Notes under the pieces: generated by a model
What the model saw: the letters and a program-made list of their open reading frames with translations, nothing else
Databases searched by the model: none
Told to the model about the DNA's origin: nothing
Position numbers and translations under genes: made by a program
Virus record (IMG/VR): IMGVR_UViG_3300037483_001822
Location: 1-46,632 of that record
From: a virus
Taxonomy: Duplodnaviria > Caudoviricetes
Reading direction: 5' to 3' (one strand)
DNA length: 46,632 bases
Shown: piece by piece, positions 8,487-17,473 of the stretch
Numbering within the stretch: the stretch's first letter is position 1
Layout of the letters: the number at the start of each line of letters is the position of its first letter

Positions 8487-8818
8487 TGGCATGTTCCGGC
8501 ATCCTTTCTGAACGGCAGCACCTTGCCGTGCCCTGGATACATGCTCGCCAGCACGCCGGCGATCGAGGGCAGCTTCGCGTAGGCGAGAATGGTGGGACAC
8601 TCCAGCTTCGGGATGCGGCGCTGGATGTCGTGGTCGGCCGGCTCGAAGTACAGGAACTCCCTGCCGGCGAACAGCGCGGTGCAGATAATGGTCCCAAGCG
8701 CGTCGGTAATGACGATGTAGTTGCCTGGCAGGGATGGTGTGATCGTGCCTTCGCTGAAGGCGAGCAGGTAGCTGTTGCCTTCGAGTGTTGCAGGTAGTAC
8801 CGCGGTGCTTGCTTGCAT
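8483..8818 (-). CDS. Phage hypothetical protein
   Basis: GAGGA RBS; in operon. Confidence 0.6.
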   Translation of the reverse strand: MQASTAVLPATLEGNSYLLAFSEGTITPSLPGNYIVITDALGTIICTALFAGREFLYFEPADHDIQRRIPKLECPTILAYAKLPSIAGVLASMYPGHGKVLPFRKDAGTCQ

Positions 8819-8848
8819 ACCGATTCCTCCGTTGGTGTGAGGCTGAAA

Positions 8849-9160
8849 TTACGTGGTGGCGTGTTTTTTTATTTCTGCTTCTGCCTGGTACTGGTCGATC
8901 ACCTGCTGCAGGTAAGTCAGGCCCAGCTCGGTGACGAGGGTCACGCTGTAGGTTTTCTGAGTCCCCCAGCTGCGGTCCGTTTTCCCGAGCCTGAAGTCGC
9001 GCAATTCGGTCCTGAAAATTCCGGCTTGCACCAAGTCGTGCCGGGGTAAATTGGACGTTTTGTGGAGCAGCCCTTGCTCGTGCAGGATGCGATACAGGGT
9101 CACGCTTCCAATGTTCAGCAGCTTTGCGGCGTCTTTGATAAGCAATGGCTCACTGCTCAT
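8849..9160 (-). CDS. Antirepressor KilAC (ANT) domain protein
   Basis: IKDAAKLLNIG..TLYRIL..QG, NLP...V.AG.F, VTELGL; GGAGG RBS before ATG 9160. Confidence 0.85.
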   Translation of the reverse strand: MSSEPLLIKDAAKLLNIGSVTLYRILHEQGLLHKTSNLPRHDLVQAGIFRTELRDFRLGKTDRSWGTQKTYSVTLVTELGLTYLQQVIDQYQAEAEIKKHATT

Positions 9161-9337
9161 ATCGGAACCTCCGGTTAAACCTGTTCTGTAGCCCTCGGGT
9201 ATGCTGTTTTGGCCTGCATTTGCCGTGGGTTTTCCATGTTGCGGGATCGCCAATGCCTGCTTTTCGTGGTGCAATCAACAGACCATCACCATTCAATTCG
9301 AGATTGCTGGATGCGGCGGGATTGTTGTTGATGTGTC

Positions 9338-9372
9338 GATTATTAACTACCAGTTAATATAAAATCAATACC
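9338..9372 (-). promoter_or_regulatory. PL-like promoter with palindromic operator
   Basis: TATTAACT-ACC-AGTTAATA at 9341-9359; minus-strand TTGATT-17-TAATAA. Confidence 0.75.
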
Positions 9373-9407
9373 AATACTAAATATTTTTGGTTTTCGAGGA
9401 GGGCAGG

Positions 9408-9617
9408 ATGGAATCGCGTGTATTGCTCGAACGGAAGGGAAGGTGGGTTGAAGCAGAAAGTGCCTATTCGGTCGTATTTTTCCGAGGCAAGTGTTCGCCG
9501 GGTTTTGAAGTGTATTTACTAAGCGGCGAGGCGCCGGCTGACGGACAAATTGCCCAGGATCTTGCAGCAGCAGCACTACACGTGCAGGCGGTAGGTGCTA
9601 AGGAGGTTGAAGTCTGA
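9408..9617 (+). CDS. Small hypothetical protein in the immunity region
   Basis: GAGGAGG RBS; converges on cI. Confidence 0.55.
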   Translation: MESRVLLERKGRWVEAESAYSVVFFRGKCSPGFEVYLLSGEAPADGQIAQDLAAAALHVQAVGAKEVEV

Positions 9618-9663
9618 GATTTCGGGCGGCCCGCAGAGTGCGCGGCCGCCAATTGAAACGCTG

Positions 9664-10032
9664 TTATTTTCCTGCTTTGATCGCTTCTAAAATTGCTTGG
9701 GCTGTTCGTAGCTGGTTTTCTGTCATCCCCTCAGTATTCAAGGGTCCGCCGCCGATCTTATAGACCATTGCGCCGCGGCCAGTTGCAAGCCATTCGATAT
9801 TCACGTTAGTGAGTACCGCTATGTCCTTTATGGTGTCGAAACTACCAGTCATTTGCCCATTTAACAATTTCCCCACGGCGGGCGCGCTCAGATCGAGTTT
9901 TTTTCCGATTTCTGCATAGGTAGAAGTATCGAGGCCAGCATAGGCCAGTGCTTGGCGGAATCGATCTGCCAACTGCCAGTGCTTACCTCGGCCTTGCTCG
10001 TTTTTTCTTCCCATTTTCGAATTATCTTTCAT
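9664..10032 (-). CDS. cI: CI-like XRE HTH repressor with no S24 peptidase domain
   Basis: YAEIGKKLDLSAPAVGKLLNG HTH; VNIEWLATGRG; divergent from cro. Confidence 0.88.
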   Translation of the reverse strand: MKDNSKMGRKNEQGRGKHWQLADRFRQALAYAGLDTSTYAEIGKKLDLSAPAVGKLLNGQMTGSFDTIKDIAVLTNVNIEWLATGRGAMVYKIGGGPLNTEGMTENQLRTAQAILEAIKAGK

Positions 10033-10051
10033 TGAGTGTTAATTTTGGGTA

Positions 10052-10080
10052 TTGCGCTTGAATAAACTGATAGTTAATAT
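10052..10080 (+). promoter_or_regulatory. PR-like promoter with operator
   Basis: TTGCGC-17-TAATAT; AATAAACT-GAT-AGTTAATA (10061-10079) matches the 9341 operator. Confidence 0.75.
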
Positions 10081-10087
10081 TCCGAGC

Positions 10088-10297
10088 ATGAAGGATTTAA
10101 CGCCGCTCGAAACAGCTATTGGGATTGTGGGCTCGCAGGCCAACCTCGCGCGTGCATTGGGGGTTACGCCGGCATATGTCTGCAAAATGCTTCGTGAAAA
10201 TTACGTGCCCCTGGAGCAGTGTCGCCCCATCGAGCGTGTTACTACCGGGGCGGTGACGGCTGAACAATTGCGGCCGGACTTTTTCAAGGCTGCATAA
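10088..10297 (+). CDS. cro: Cro/YdaS-like regulator
   Basis: GSQANLARALGVTPAYV...IERVTTGAVTAEQLRPD. Confidence 0.92.
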   Translation: MKDLTPLETAIGIVGSQANLARALGVTPAYVCKMLRENYVPLEQCRPIERVTTGAVTAEQLRPDFFKAA

Positions 10298-10302
10298 ATC
10301 CT

Positions 10303-10323
10303 GCCCGCTGTGCGGGTTTTTTT
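10303..10323 (+). terminator. tR1-like intrinsic terminator
   Basis: GCCCGC-TGT-GCGGGT followed by a T-run, directly after cro. Confidence 0.75.
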
Positions 10324-10387
10324 ATGGTCGTGATCTGCTTTTACGAACGCATACGAATATAAAAAATAAATTCGGAAGGGGTGGTAA

Positions 10388-10777
10388 ATGGGCGAACTAC
10401 TGCAGCGAGAACTGTTAGATCACATGATCCCCGAGGATGCGCTGACTGCGGATATCGCGGCGCTGGGTGGTGCATACAAAGTCGGGAAAAAACTGCGCCC
10501 AGAATTAGATCAGAAGGCGGCCCGCGACTGGCTGCTCAACTGTCTGAATCCCAACCACAAGCAGAACCTCACGCAGGCGCAAATCATGCTGATCGTTCAA
10601 TGGGGGCGGGCAGTAGGCGCGACCAACTACATTGAGTTTTGGCCGACGAACAACAGCATGACGAAGCCGGTGAAGATCGAACCGGAAGATGAGAAGGTGC
10701 GGTTGAAGCGCGAAGTAGTCAAGGCGGCAGACACATTCAAGCAGCTTGTTGAGCGTCTGGAGCGCTTGAATCAATGA
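10388..10777 (+). CDS. CII-like regulatory protein
   Basis: Position after cro; LGGAYKVGKKLRP...WLLNCLNP motif. Confidence 0.7.
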   Translation: MGELLQRELLDHMIPEDALTADIAALGGAYKVGKKLRPELDQKAARDWLLNCLNPNHKQNLTQAQIMLIVQWGRAVGATNYIEFWPTNNSMTKPVKIEPEDEKVRLKREVVKAADTFKQLVERLERLNQ

Positions 10778-10804
10778 GGGCGGCCGCGCGGCACTACGCA
10801 CTGC

Positions 10805-11449
10805 GTGCGCATCTGGGTTTTACCGGGGCCGCCTGTTATCAACATAGTACAGATTGAAAATTTCGCCAGTTTTTTTAGGGCAATAACGATGATCTGGAAC
10901 GCGGAATCACGGGTTATGGGGGTCAAACACGCTGCGGATTCCCTGGGTCAGGACAATTTGTCCGCGCAGCATATAACTGCCGCAGGGGGTAGTGCCAGCG
11001 AGCTCGGCGATATCAGTTCTCCGCTCGCGCTCCAGGTCGGAGGCGACCACTACAAGAGCATGCCGATACAGCCGGTGGAGTTCGCGCTGCTGAACCGGCT
11101 CAACACGGCTCAAGCCAACATCGTCAAGTACGTGTGCCGGTACCCGAAAAAGGGCGGCGCGGCCGATCTCGAAAAAGCGCATCACTACTGCGACATCTGG
11201 TTGCAGGTGTACAGCACTTACGGATTGGACTGGAACGACATGAGCGATCAGGTCGTCGGGCTGCTCGATACCATAGACAGCATCGCGTCGGGTCAATGCC
11301 GTACCGTTGATGTTGCTACATTCGTCCAGGCAAACAACCTCCCGCCTACTGTCGGCCGCATCGTCGAGCTAACATGCGTCAACCCGAGTCCTGAGCGCAT
11401 CGATGTGGCGAAGACGCTGATTCAAGATCTGCTGGCGGAAACCAAGTGA
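10805..11449 (+). CDS. DUF3310 (T7 gp1.7/SaV-like) protein; start probably near 10889 or later
   Basis: QVGGDHYKSMPIQPVEF...NIVKYVCRY..KGGAADLEKA. Confidence 0.85.
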   Translation: MRIWVLPGPPVINIVQIENFASFFRAITMIWNAESRVMGVKHAADSLGQDNLSAQHITAAGGSASELGDISSPLALQVGGDHYKSMPIQPVEFALLNRLNTAQANIVKYVCRYPKKGGAADLEKAHHYCDIWLQVYSTYGLDWNDMSDQVVGLLDTIDSIASGQCRTVDVATFVQANNLPPTVGRIVELTCVNPSPERIDVAKTLIQDLLAETK

Positions 11450-11736
11450 TGATTGAACAGCCCGTCGTCATCGAAGGCTTGGACGCCGGCATAGCAGCTG
11501 TAGTCGCATTTCTGAATCAGCACGGCGTTGAAACCTATGAGTCGTGCCAGGGCGGTGCAGGGCATGCGTTCTTTGAACCAACTGTTCGCTTTCACGGGGA
11601 AAAACAAGAGGGCTACCGTGTGGCGGCCCTCTTGCTACAACATGGTTACCGTGTTGCTGATCTGAGACGGTTCTGGTCAGTCATTGATGGTGAGCTGACC
11701 GGCCCGCGGTGGGAGGTGACGCTTGTTACTTGCTGA
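11446..11736 (+). CDS. Phage hypothetical protein (GVETYESCQG)
   Basis: Overlap-coupled to the upstream gene. Confidence 0.7.
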   Translation: MMIEQPVVIEGLDAGIAAVVAFLNQHGVETYESCQGGAGHAFFEPTVRFHGEKQEGYRVAALLLQHGYRVADLRRFWSVIDGELTGPRWEVTLVTC

Positions 11737-11878
11737 GCCTCGCACATTCCTGGCAAAGCGGTTTCCCGCCAGTTCCAGAACGCAGATTTTCTTTCTCGAT
11801 GTTGTTGCCGGTGTTGCAGTTGGTGTTGTTGTGGTGCACGGACTGCTTGATCGAATGCCACGGATCCTTCTTAGCCAT
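11726..11878 (-). CDS. 50-aa putative Zn-binding protein, antisense to the early-right operon
   Basis: AAGAGG RBS; H..HH....C...CQEC pattern. Confidence 0.65.
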   Translation of the reverse strand: MAKKDPWHSIKQSVHHNNTNCNTGNNIEKENLRSGTGGKPLCQECARLSK

Positions 11879-11962
11879 TTTGTGTTCCTCCTTTGGTTGA
11901 TGGCGCCAGCATCCTATCACCGCCTGCCGTTATACGTCACTTGTGGTCGACGGGGCTGGTAA

Positions 11963-14455
11963 ATGGACAGCACTATTGACCAACTGTCAGCCGCAGGACT
12001 GGAAATCCCCGGACCCCTGGAGTTCGGCCGCCTGGTGCGGTGCAAAGTCGATGGTGACAAGGGTGGGAAGCAAAGCGGCTGGTATGTGCTGCACGAGATC
12101 CGACTCGACAGTGGCGACATAGCGATCGTCGGTCGCTTCGGCAACTGGAAACGGTTTGGCGGCGAGGCGCTCAAGATTGAGTTCGACAAGCCTTCGCTGA
12201 CTCCTGCGGAGCGCCAACGCATCGAGGCCGAACAGCGCGCACTACGCGAGCAGGCTGAGGACGAGAAGAAAGCGCGTGCGCAGGAGGCCGCCTCCCGCGC
12301 CCACCGGATATGGGGCAAGCTGCCAGAGTCTGGAAAATCTGATTACCTCACCCGCAAGAAAGTAGCCGCACATGGCATCCGCTTCAGCCGTGGCTCTATC
12401 GTGGTGCCTGTCAGTAACGCAGCCGGTCTGGTTGGCCTGCAGTTCATCCAGGGCGATGGCAGCAAGAAATTCCTGACCGGTACCGCAAAGCATGGTGCGT
12501 GGCATTTGATCGGTGTAGTGGGCGCGGATGCAGATGTGCGGCTGTGGATTGCAGAAGGCTATGCTACGGCCGCCACCGTGCACCAGGCCACCGCCGAGCC
12601 GGTGGTGGTGGCCTTCGATGCCGGCAACCTGGTGGCAGTTGCCAAAGCGATGCGTGCCCTGTATCCGCAAGCATGGATTGTGTTCGCCGCTGACAATGAT
12701 GCCGCCACTGAAGGTAATCCCGGCACAACCAAAGCACGTGAGGCGGCCGCTGTTGTCGGTGGGCGCGTTGTGGCGGTTGCCGGTGATGGGTTTTCCGATT
12801 TCAACGACCTGCATGCGGCCAAGGGGCTGAAGGCAGCGCGCAAGCAGCTGCTGGATGGCTTCGCTGCCGCCGCTATTAATATCCCGGCCGACTTTTCCCC
12901 CGCACCTCCTGAATACGACATTCCGCCAGATGCCGTCGATCCTGGGCCTCTGGGCCCGCTGCATCTGGTGTATTCGCTGACCATTGAGAATGCCTTGGAG
13001 CGCTTCGCCTTGGCCATGCCTGACGGCAAGGTGTGGGATGGCCATGCGCGCCAGCTGCTGAAAAAGACAGCCGCGCGCGATTTGATGGGCAAGAAGCTCT
13101 TCGAGCAGTGGGTGAACCACGACAAGCGGCGCACGGTTGATCAGTACACGGTGAAGCCCATGGCGGCAGCAGCCGCGGCCGCGGGGGGCGGGGGGCTTGG
13201 CAAGGCCCTGCAGCGTTACGTGTACCTGTATCCTTCCAGCGATGCCTGGGACAAGGAAAAGCGGCAGCGGGTGCCGCTCTCTGCGCTGAAGCATGCCATC
13301 GCGGATTGCTTCGACGATTGGATCAAGTCCGATCGGCGACAGGAGATCGACCTGGAGCGCCTGGTGTTCGATCCGACTCAGCAGGCGTGCCCAAAATCAC
13401 ACATCAACACCTTCCGTGGCTTGCCGTTGACGCCTTTGCGCGATGACGACAAGTGCAAGGCAATCTGCGAGTTGATCGCCCACCTGTGCAACCACAATGC
13501 CGAGGTGAATGCCTGGCTGCTGCAGTGGCTGGCATACCCGCTGCAGCATGTCGGTGCAAAGCTCGCCACTGCGGTGCTGATGCACAGCAGTGTGCAGGGG
13601 TCTGGCAAGTCGCTGTTGTTCGAAGAAGTGATCAAGCCAATCTATGGCGAGTATGCCAGTACCCTGGGCCAGCACCAACTGGAAAGTCAGTACACCGATT
13701 GGCGTTCGCAGCTGTTGTTCGGGCTGTTCGAAGAAATCTTCAGCCGTGACCAGAAGTACAGCCATACCGGCACGCTGAAGCACATGATCACCGGTAAGAC
13801 CCAGCGCATCGAGAAGAAGTTTGTCAGCGGCTGGGAAGAATCGAACTACATGAACGGCGCGTTCCTGTCGAACGAAGTGCAGCCCTTTCCCGTGGAAACC
13901 AGCGACCGGCGCATGCTGGTGATCTGGCCGAAACAGAAAATGTCAGCGGATCTCAAGCGCCGGGTGCTGCACGAGGTGCGCAACGGTGGGGCGGAAGCCT
14001 TCTACGGCTTGCTGCTGGAAATGCCAATGAATGGCTTCACCACGCACACCGAGCCGCCGATGACGGAAGAGAAGGAGAGGCTGATCGACTTCGGACGTCC
14101 GGCCTGGGAAGTGTTTTGCATGGAGTGGCGTGCGGAGTCCCTCGATGTGCCCTATATGCCCTGTTTAAGCGATCAGCTCTTCGCGATCTATCGGCGGTGG
14201 TGTGAGCGCCGGCGTGAGCATGTGGTGAGCCAGACCAAGTTTGGCGGGTTCCTGTCAGCACAAGATGGTCTGAGCCGGCGCCGTGACGTGCATTACGACC
14301 AGGGGCAGTGTAGTCGCAAGGGCACGTTCCTGGTACCGCGTGAGCCGCGCCAGGAGTTTGCACAACGCCCCGAGGAAAGCCAGGCGGCCTGGCTTGGCCG
14401 CTGTGCCGCCAAGTTTGAGTTTTTCGTGAGTACGAATCAGCCCGGTCCGAGTTGA
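11963..14455 (+). CDS. Primase-helicase (Toprim + SF3/D5-like helicase), P4 alpha-like
   Basis: IAEGYATA, AFDAGNL, AADND, DFNDL; Walker A QGSGKS. Confidence 0.93.
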   Translation: MDSTIDQLSAAGLEIPGPLEFGRLVRCKVDGDKGGKQSGWYVLHEIRLDSGDIAIVGRFGNWKRFGGEALKIEFDKPSLTPAERQRIEAEQRALREQAEDEKKARAQEAASRAHRIWGKLPESGKSDYLTRKKVAAHGIRFSRGSIVVPVSNAAGLVGLQFIQGDGSKKFLTGTAKHGAWHLIGVVGADADVRLWIAEGYATAATVHQATAEPVVVAFDAGNLVAVAKAMRALYPQAWIVFAADNDAATEGNPGTTKAREAAAVVGGRVVAVAGDGFSDFNDLHAAKGLKAARKQLLDGFAAAAINIPADFSPAPPEYDIPPDAVDPGPLGPLHLVYSLTIENALERFALAMPDGKVWDGHARQLLKKTAARDLMGKKLFEQWVNHDKRRTVDQYTVKPMAAAAAAAGGGGLGKALQRYVYLYPSSDAWDKEKRQRVPLSALKHAIADCFDDWIKSDRRQEIDLERLVFDPTQQACPKSHINTFRGLPLTPLRDDDKCKAICELIAHLCNHNAEVNAWLLQWLAYPLQHVGAKLATAVLMHSSVQGSGKSLLFEEVIKPIYGEYASTLGQHQLESQYTDWRSQLLFGLFEEIFSRDQKYSHTGTLKHMITGKTQRIEKKFVSGWEESNYMNGAFLSNEVQPFPVETSDRRMLVIWPKQKMSADLKRRVLHEVRNGGAEAFYGLLLEMPMNGFTTHTEPPMTEEKERLIDFGRPAWEVFCMEWRAESLDVPYMPCLSDQLFAIYRRWCERRREHVVSQTKFGGFLSAQDGLSRRRDVHYDQGQCSRKGTFLVPREPRQEFAQRPEESQAAWLGRCAAKFEFFVSTNQPGPS

Positions 14456-14721
14456 GTTGCCGGAGGCTGCCGGAGGTTGGCAGCTAACCCACGGCGCCGC
14501 AAACCCTTGAAAACAAGGGGAATGCCGGAGTGCCGATAGTGCCGATAGTTGTAACGCGCGCGCGTGTACGCGCAAAGAGAAGGGACAGAAAGGAACGCCG
14601 TGTTTTTTTCACGCGCGTGTGGAAATTAGTGTCGGCACTATCGGCACTCCGGCAATTAAATATAAATCATATGCTTAGCGTGCCGTGGGTTGGATAGTAA
14701 CTATCGGCATACCTCCGGCAC
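14456..14721. repeat. Putative replication origin with inverted iteron arrays
   Basis: Perfect 23-bp inverted repeat 14523-14545/14632-14654; many TGCCG(G/A) units; AT-rich tract; directly after primase. Confidence 0.75.
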
Positions 14722-14740
14722 GCTGAATGGAGATGAACAG

Positions 14741-15166
14741 ATGGGGACTTTCGAAACGGCGAGTCAGGAGCCGATTGATGTGCTCTACCGACGCGCGCAC
14801 CTGCGCGCGGACCGGGATGCTGCAGTCAGCCTCGATCAGCGCCTGTACCTGGTGGTGATCGATATCGCCCTGCGGGAGGGGTGGAAGCTGGCAAGGCGCG
14901 ACGTGGGGCAAGAGCGGTTGCGGCATGTTGGCCGCCTGGCCCTGGCCATGCATTTGGATCCGGCGCTGTGGTCAGCATGCAGGTCATGCAGCAATGACGA
15001 TCTGCCGCTGAAAGCCGGGTGCAACGCTTGCCACGGCAGTGGCTCTGTGCTGATCACGCTCGACCAGTTCCGTCAGCACGTGGGCGAGACGGAGTACGAG
15101 GGGGTCTGGCGCAATCGTATTGAGGTTGTAGCGGCGGTTATTTCAGCGTGGGCAAATGAGGGGTAG
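14741..15166 (+). CDS. Zn-finger protein (CRSC...CNACHGSG), possibly lambda Q-like
   Basis: GGAG RBS; two CxxC motifs; lies before Q. Confidence 0.6.
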   Translation: MGTFETASQEPIDVLYRRAHLRADRDAAVSLDQRLYLVVIDIALREGWKLARRDVGQERLRHVGRLALAMHLDPALWSACRSCSNDDLPLKAGCNACHGSGSVLITLDQFRQHVGETEYEGVWRNRIEVVAAVISAWANEG

Positions 15167-15173
15167 AGGCGGT

Positions 15174-15593
15174 ATGGGCAACACGGCGCGGCAGGTTATC
15201 GAAAGCGAGATTCGAGCCGAGATCGATCGGCTGGAGGCGATTCAGACGGAGTCCATTGCCGAGTCGTTGTTGTTGTGGGAGTGGGGGCGGTGGTCGCACG
15301 GCGCGCTGCGCGACCTGGGCTACCCGCCATGCCTGCTGCGCTTCGTGGCGCATGGCTGGAAAGAGCGGTCTTTAAGGCGGATCGTCGCCAGCATCGATGA
15401 TGCTGATGCGGTGCGAATCGACGCTGCAGTGGCCTCGCTGCCGTTCTGTCACCGGAAGGTTGTAATCACGATCTACCAGTGGCAGGTCGAGACCAGGCGG
15501 CTGCCAGAAACGCTGGGCTGGTCTCGACACCGAATCGACCAGTTGCACAACCAGGCGCTGGGCATGCTGCAGGTGTTATTGCAAGGTCGATAA
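15174..15593 (+). CDS. Late antiterminator Q family
   Basis: LLWEWGRWS..LGYP, IDDADAVRIDAAVASL, C-terminal HTH; followed by a promoter and terminator. Confidence 0.8.
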   Translation: MGNTARQVIESEIRAEIDRLEAIQTESIAESLLLWEWGRWSHGALRDLGYPPCLLRFVAHGWKERSLRRIVASIDDADAVRIDAAVASLPFCHRKVVITIYQWQVETRRLPETLGWSRHRIDQLHNQALGMLQVLLQGR

Positions 15594-15601
15594 AAAAACA
15601 C

Positions 15602-15630
15602 TTGACGTGCGGCACAGTGGCTACTAAATT
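15602..15630 (+). promoter_or_regulatory. PR'-like late promoter
   Basis: TTGACG-17-TAAATT immediately after Q. Confidence 0.75.
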
Positions 15631-15665
15631 GAGCGCACCTTGGGGTTCTGCCCCTGAAGGAAACT

Positions 15666-15700
15666 GAAACCCGGCCCTCGCGCCGGGTTTCGCCGTTTTT
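15666..15700 (+). terminator. tR'-like terminator
   Basis: GAAACCCGGC/GCCGGGTTTC 10-bp stem followed by T-rich sequence. Confidence 0.7.
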
Positions 15701-15814
15701 GCGCCATCGATTTTTGCGGGTGTTCGCTGACTCCCCTCGGCATCCGGCTCACCACCGGCGCCCGCTCCACTTCCTCTGTGAGTCTGCTTCGGCGGGCCTT
15801 TTTACCGGACCAAT

Positions 15815-16288
15815 ATGGGAAATGTCGCGATGGAAGTCATTCAGCGGACATGGATGAAGGCGTTGGAGAAGGGGCCCGCGTGCGCCATGTGGGCGTTGCT
15901 CCTGGCCGTGCTTTCTGTGACGGCCGCGTATGTCTACGCCGAACGCTCCTATGCCGGTGCCGCGGATGTCGACAACCAGATTAAGCAGTTGGCGAAGAGC
16001 ATCGAGCATGGCTTTGAAGCCATCGGTGCAAGACTGGACCTTTATGACGCTGAAAACCTGGTCCGCGATCTGCAAGCGCAGGTTCGGCAAAAAGAGCGCG
16101 AAATCGCCGCGCTTGAGATGGTGATTACAGAATTGCCCGATGCGGGCGATTCGGGAGATGTGTTGAGAGCGCAGATTTTTGTTTTGCGGCAGGATTTGTC
16201 CGAGATCAAAGCGCGCTTGTCGGCCGAGCAACAAAACATGCTGGAGGCCAGGCGCGCATTCGGGCGCGCATCGAGCCGGCAGCAATGA
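15815..16288 (+). CDS. Single-TM coiled-coil protein (holin- or i-spanin-like)
   Basis: Hydrophobic AMWALLLAVLSVTAAYVYA then heptads; first gene of lysis cassette. Confidence 0.6.
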   Translation: MGNVAMEVIQRTWMKALEKGPACAMWALLLAVLSVTAAYVYAERSYAGAADVDNQIKQLAKSIEHGFEAIGARLDLYDAENLVRDLQAQVRQKEREIAALEMVITELPDAGDSGDVLRAQIFVLRQDLSEIKARLSAEQQNMLEARRAFGRASSRQQ

Positions 16289-16767
16289 CGACGCAGCCGG
16301 TATCGGTCAAGCTGAACGATATCGATATTCTGGTGGGTGCCCTGACCATTCATGGCGAGGCACGCGGCTGTACGCAGGCCGGTCGCACAGCAATCGCCCA
16401 CACGATTTTGAACAGGGTGCGTGCGCGATCATGGTGGGGCAAAGGCGTCTGTCCGTACAGCGATCATAGTATTGCCGCTGTATGCCTGAAGCCCCGGCAG
16501 TACTCGTGCTGGAACGCCAACGATCCCAACTACAAGCTCCTGACAGGCCTGCAGCGCGCGTACCGCGAGGCGATACAGGACAAGACGTGCAGGGCGGCAC
16601 TGAAGGCACTCATCGACGCCCTGGACGGGTATGAGCTCGACCACACCGGTGGTGCAACACACTACCTGACCACGGCCCTGCACAAGAGCAACAAGGCGCC
16701 GCCCTGGTCGAAGCGCGACAAATTCGTCGAGATTGGCAAGCACCGTTTCTTCGCCAACATCGACTGA
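16285..16767 (+). CDS. Endolysin, SleB/Hydrolase_2 family
   Basis: TIHGEARG, ILNRV, VCLKPRQYSCWN, TGGATHY, IGKHRFF. Confidence 0.92.
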   Translation: MTTQPVSVKLNDIDILVGALTIHGEARGCTQAGRTAIAHTILNRVRARSWWGKGVCPYSDHSIAAVCLKPRQYSCWNANDPNYKLLTGLQRAYREAIQDKTCRAALKALIDALDGYELDHTGGATHYLTTALHKSNKAPPWSKRDKFVEIGKHRFFANID

Positions 16768-16768
16768 C

Positions 16769-17473
16769 ATGAACTCCCTGGTCCTCACCTGTGCCCACCT
16801 GAGCAAGGCGGTGTACAGGCTTGAGGTGCCTGCTGGTATGAACATGCTGGCAACAGAAACCATCTTTCACCAGGGAACGAACACCACCGGCATGGCCTAC
16901 TTCGTGGCCGGCCGGATCTTCATTGCGTTTGCGGGCAGCAGCATCCCGGCGCACTGGCTGAGCAACTTCAAGATCATCAAGAAGAACTGCTTCGGCTGGC
17001 TGCCAGCGCACAAGGGCTTCAGCGAATGCGCAGAGGCCGTGATCAACACCTGCAGCCAGATCCTCGACGCCTTCCCTGACAGGGAGGTGGTGATCACCGG
17101 CCACAGTCGTGGCGCAGCTGTTGCTGTCCTGGTTGCGGCCGGCCTGAAGTCTCATGCACGTCAGCACGGTGGCAGAAAGATCAGCTTGGTGACATTCGCA
17201 CAACCGCGCGTCAGCCAGGAGAAGCTGCTCAGGGCAGCGCTGGGGGACGGTCCATACCTTCGAGTGGTCAATGGCAGTGACGCTGTCAGCAGGGCGCCCA
17301 AGCTCGGCTACAGCCATGCAGGCACCCTGGTCTACCTGAAGAACGGCCCAGGCTACTGCGTTGACCCGGGCCTGCTTGAGCGCTTCCTGGACCGGCTGCC
17401 CACTTTCCTGCAAAGGGCAACAGATCACGACATGGCGGATTACATCCGCAACCTTGAAGGGCTGCCCGCATGA
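16769..17473 (+). CDS. Class 3 lipase
   Basis: IAFAGS, AHKGF, TGHSRGAA (GxSxG), TFAQPRV, VNGSDAVSRAP, DHDM..Y. Confidence 0.92.
   Translation: MNSLVLTCAHLSKAVYRLEVPAGMNMLATETIFHQGTNTTGMAYFVAGRIFIAFAGSSIPAHWLSNFKIIKKNCFGWLPAHKGFSECAEAVINTCSQILDAFPDREVVITGHSRGAAVAVLVAAGLKSHARQHGGRKISLVTFAQPRVSQEKLLRAALGDGPYLRVVNGSDAVSRAPKLGYSHAGTLVYLKNGPGYCVDPGLLERFLDRLPTFLQRATDHDMADYIRNLEGLPA

Noticed and set aside
6639-8582. 647-aa plus-strand ORF
   Set aside because: Antisense shadow of parB in GC-rich DNA; no motifs
11790-11845. AAC-rich tract as a possible second DGR template
   Set aside because: No partner repeat found in the window; it reads as Asn codons of a small gene with an RBS
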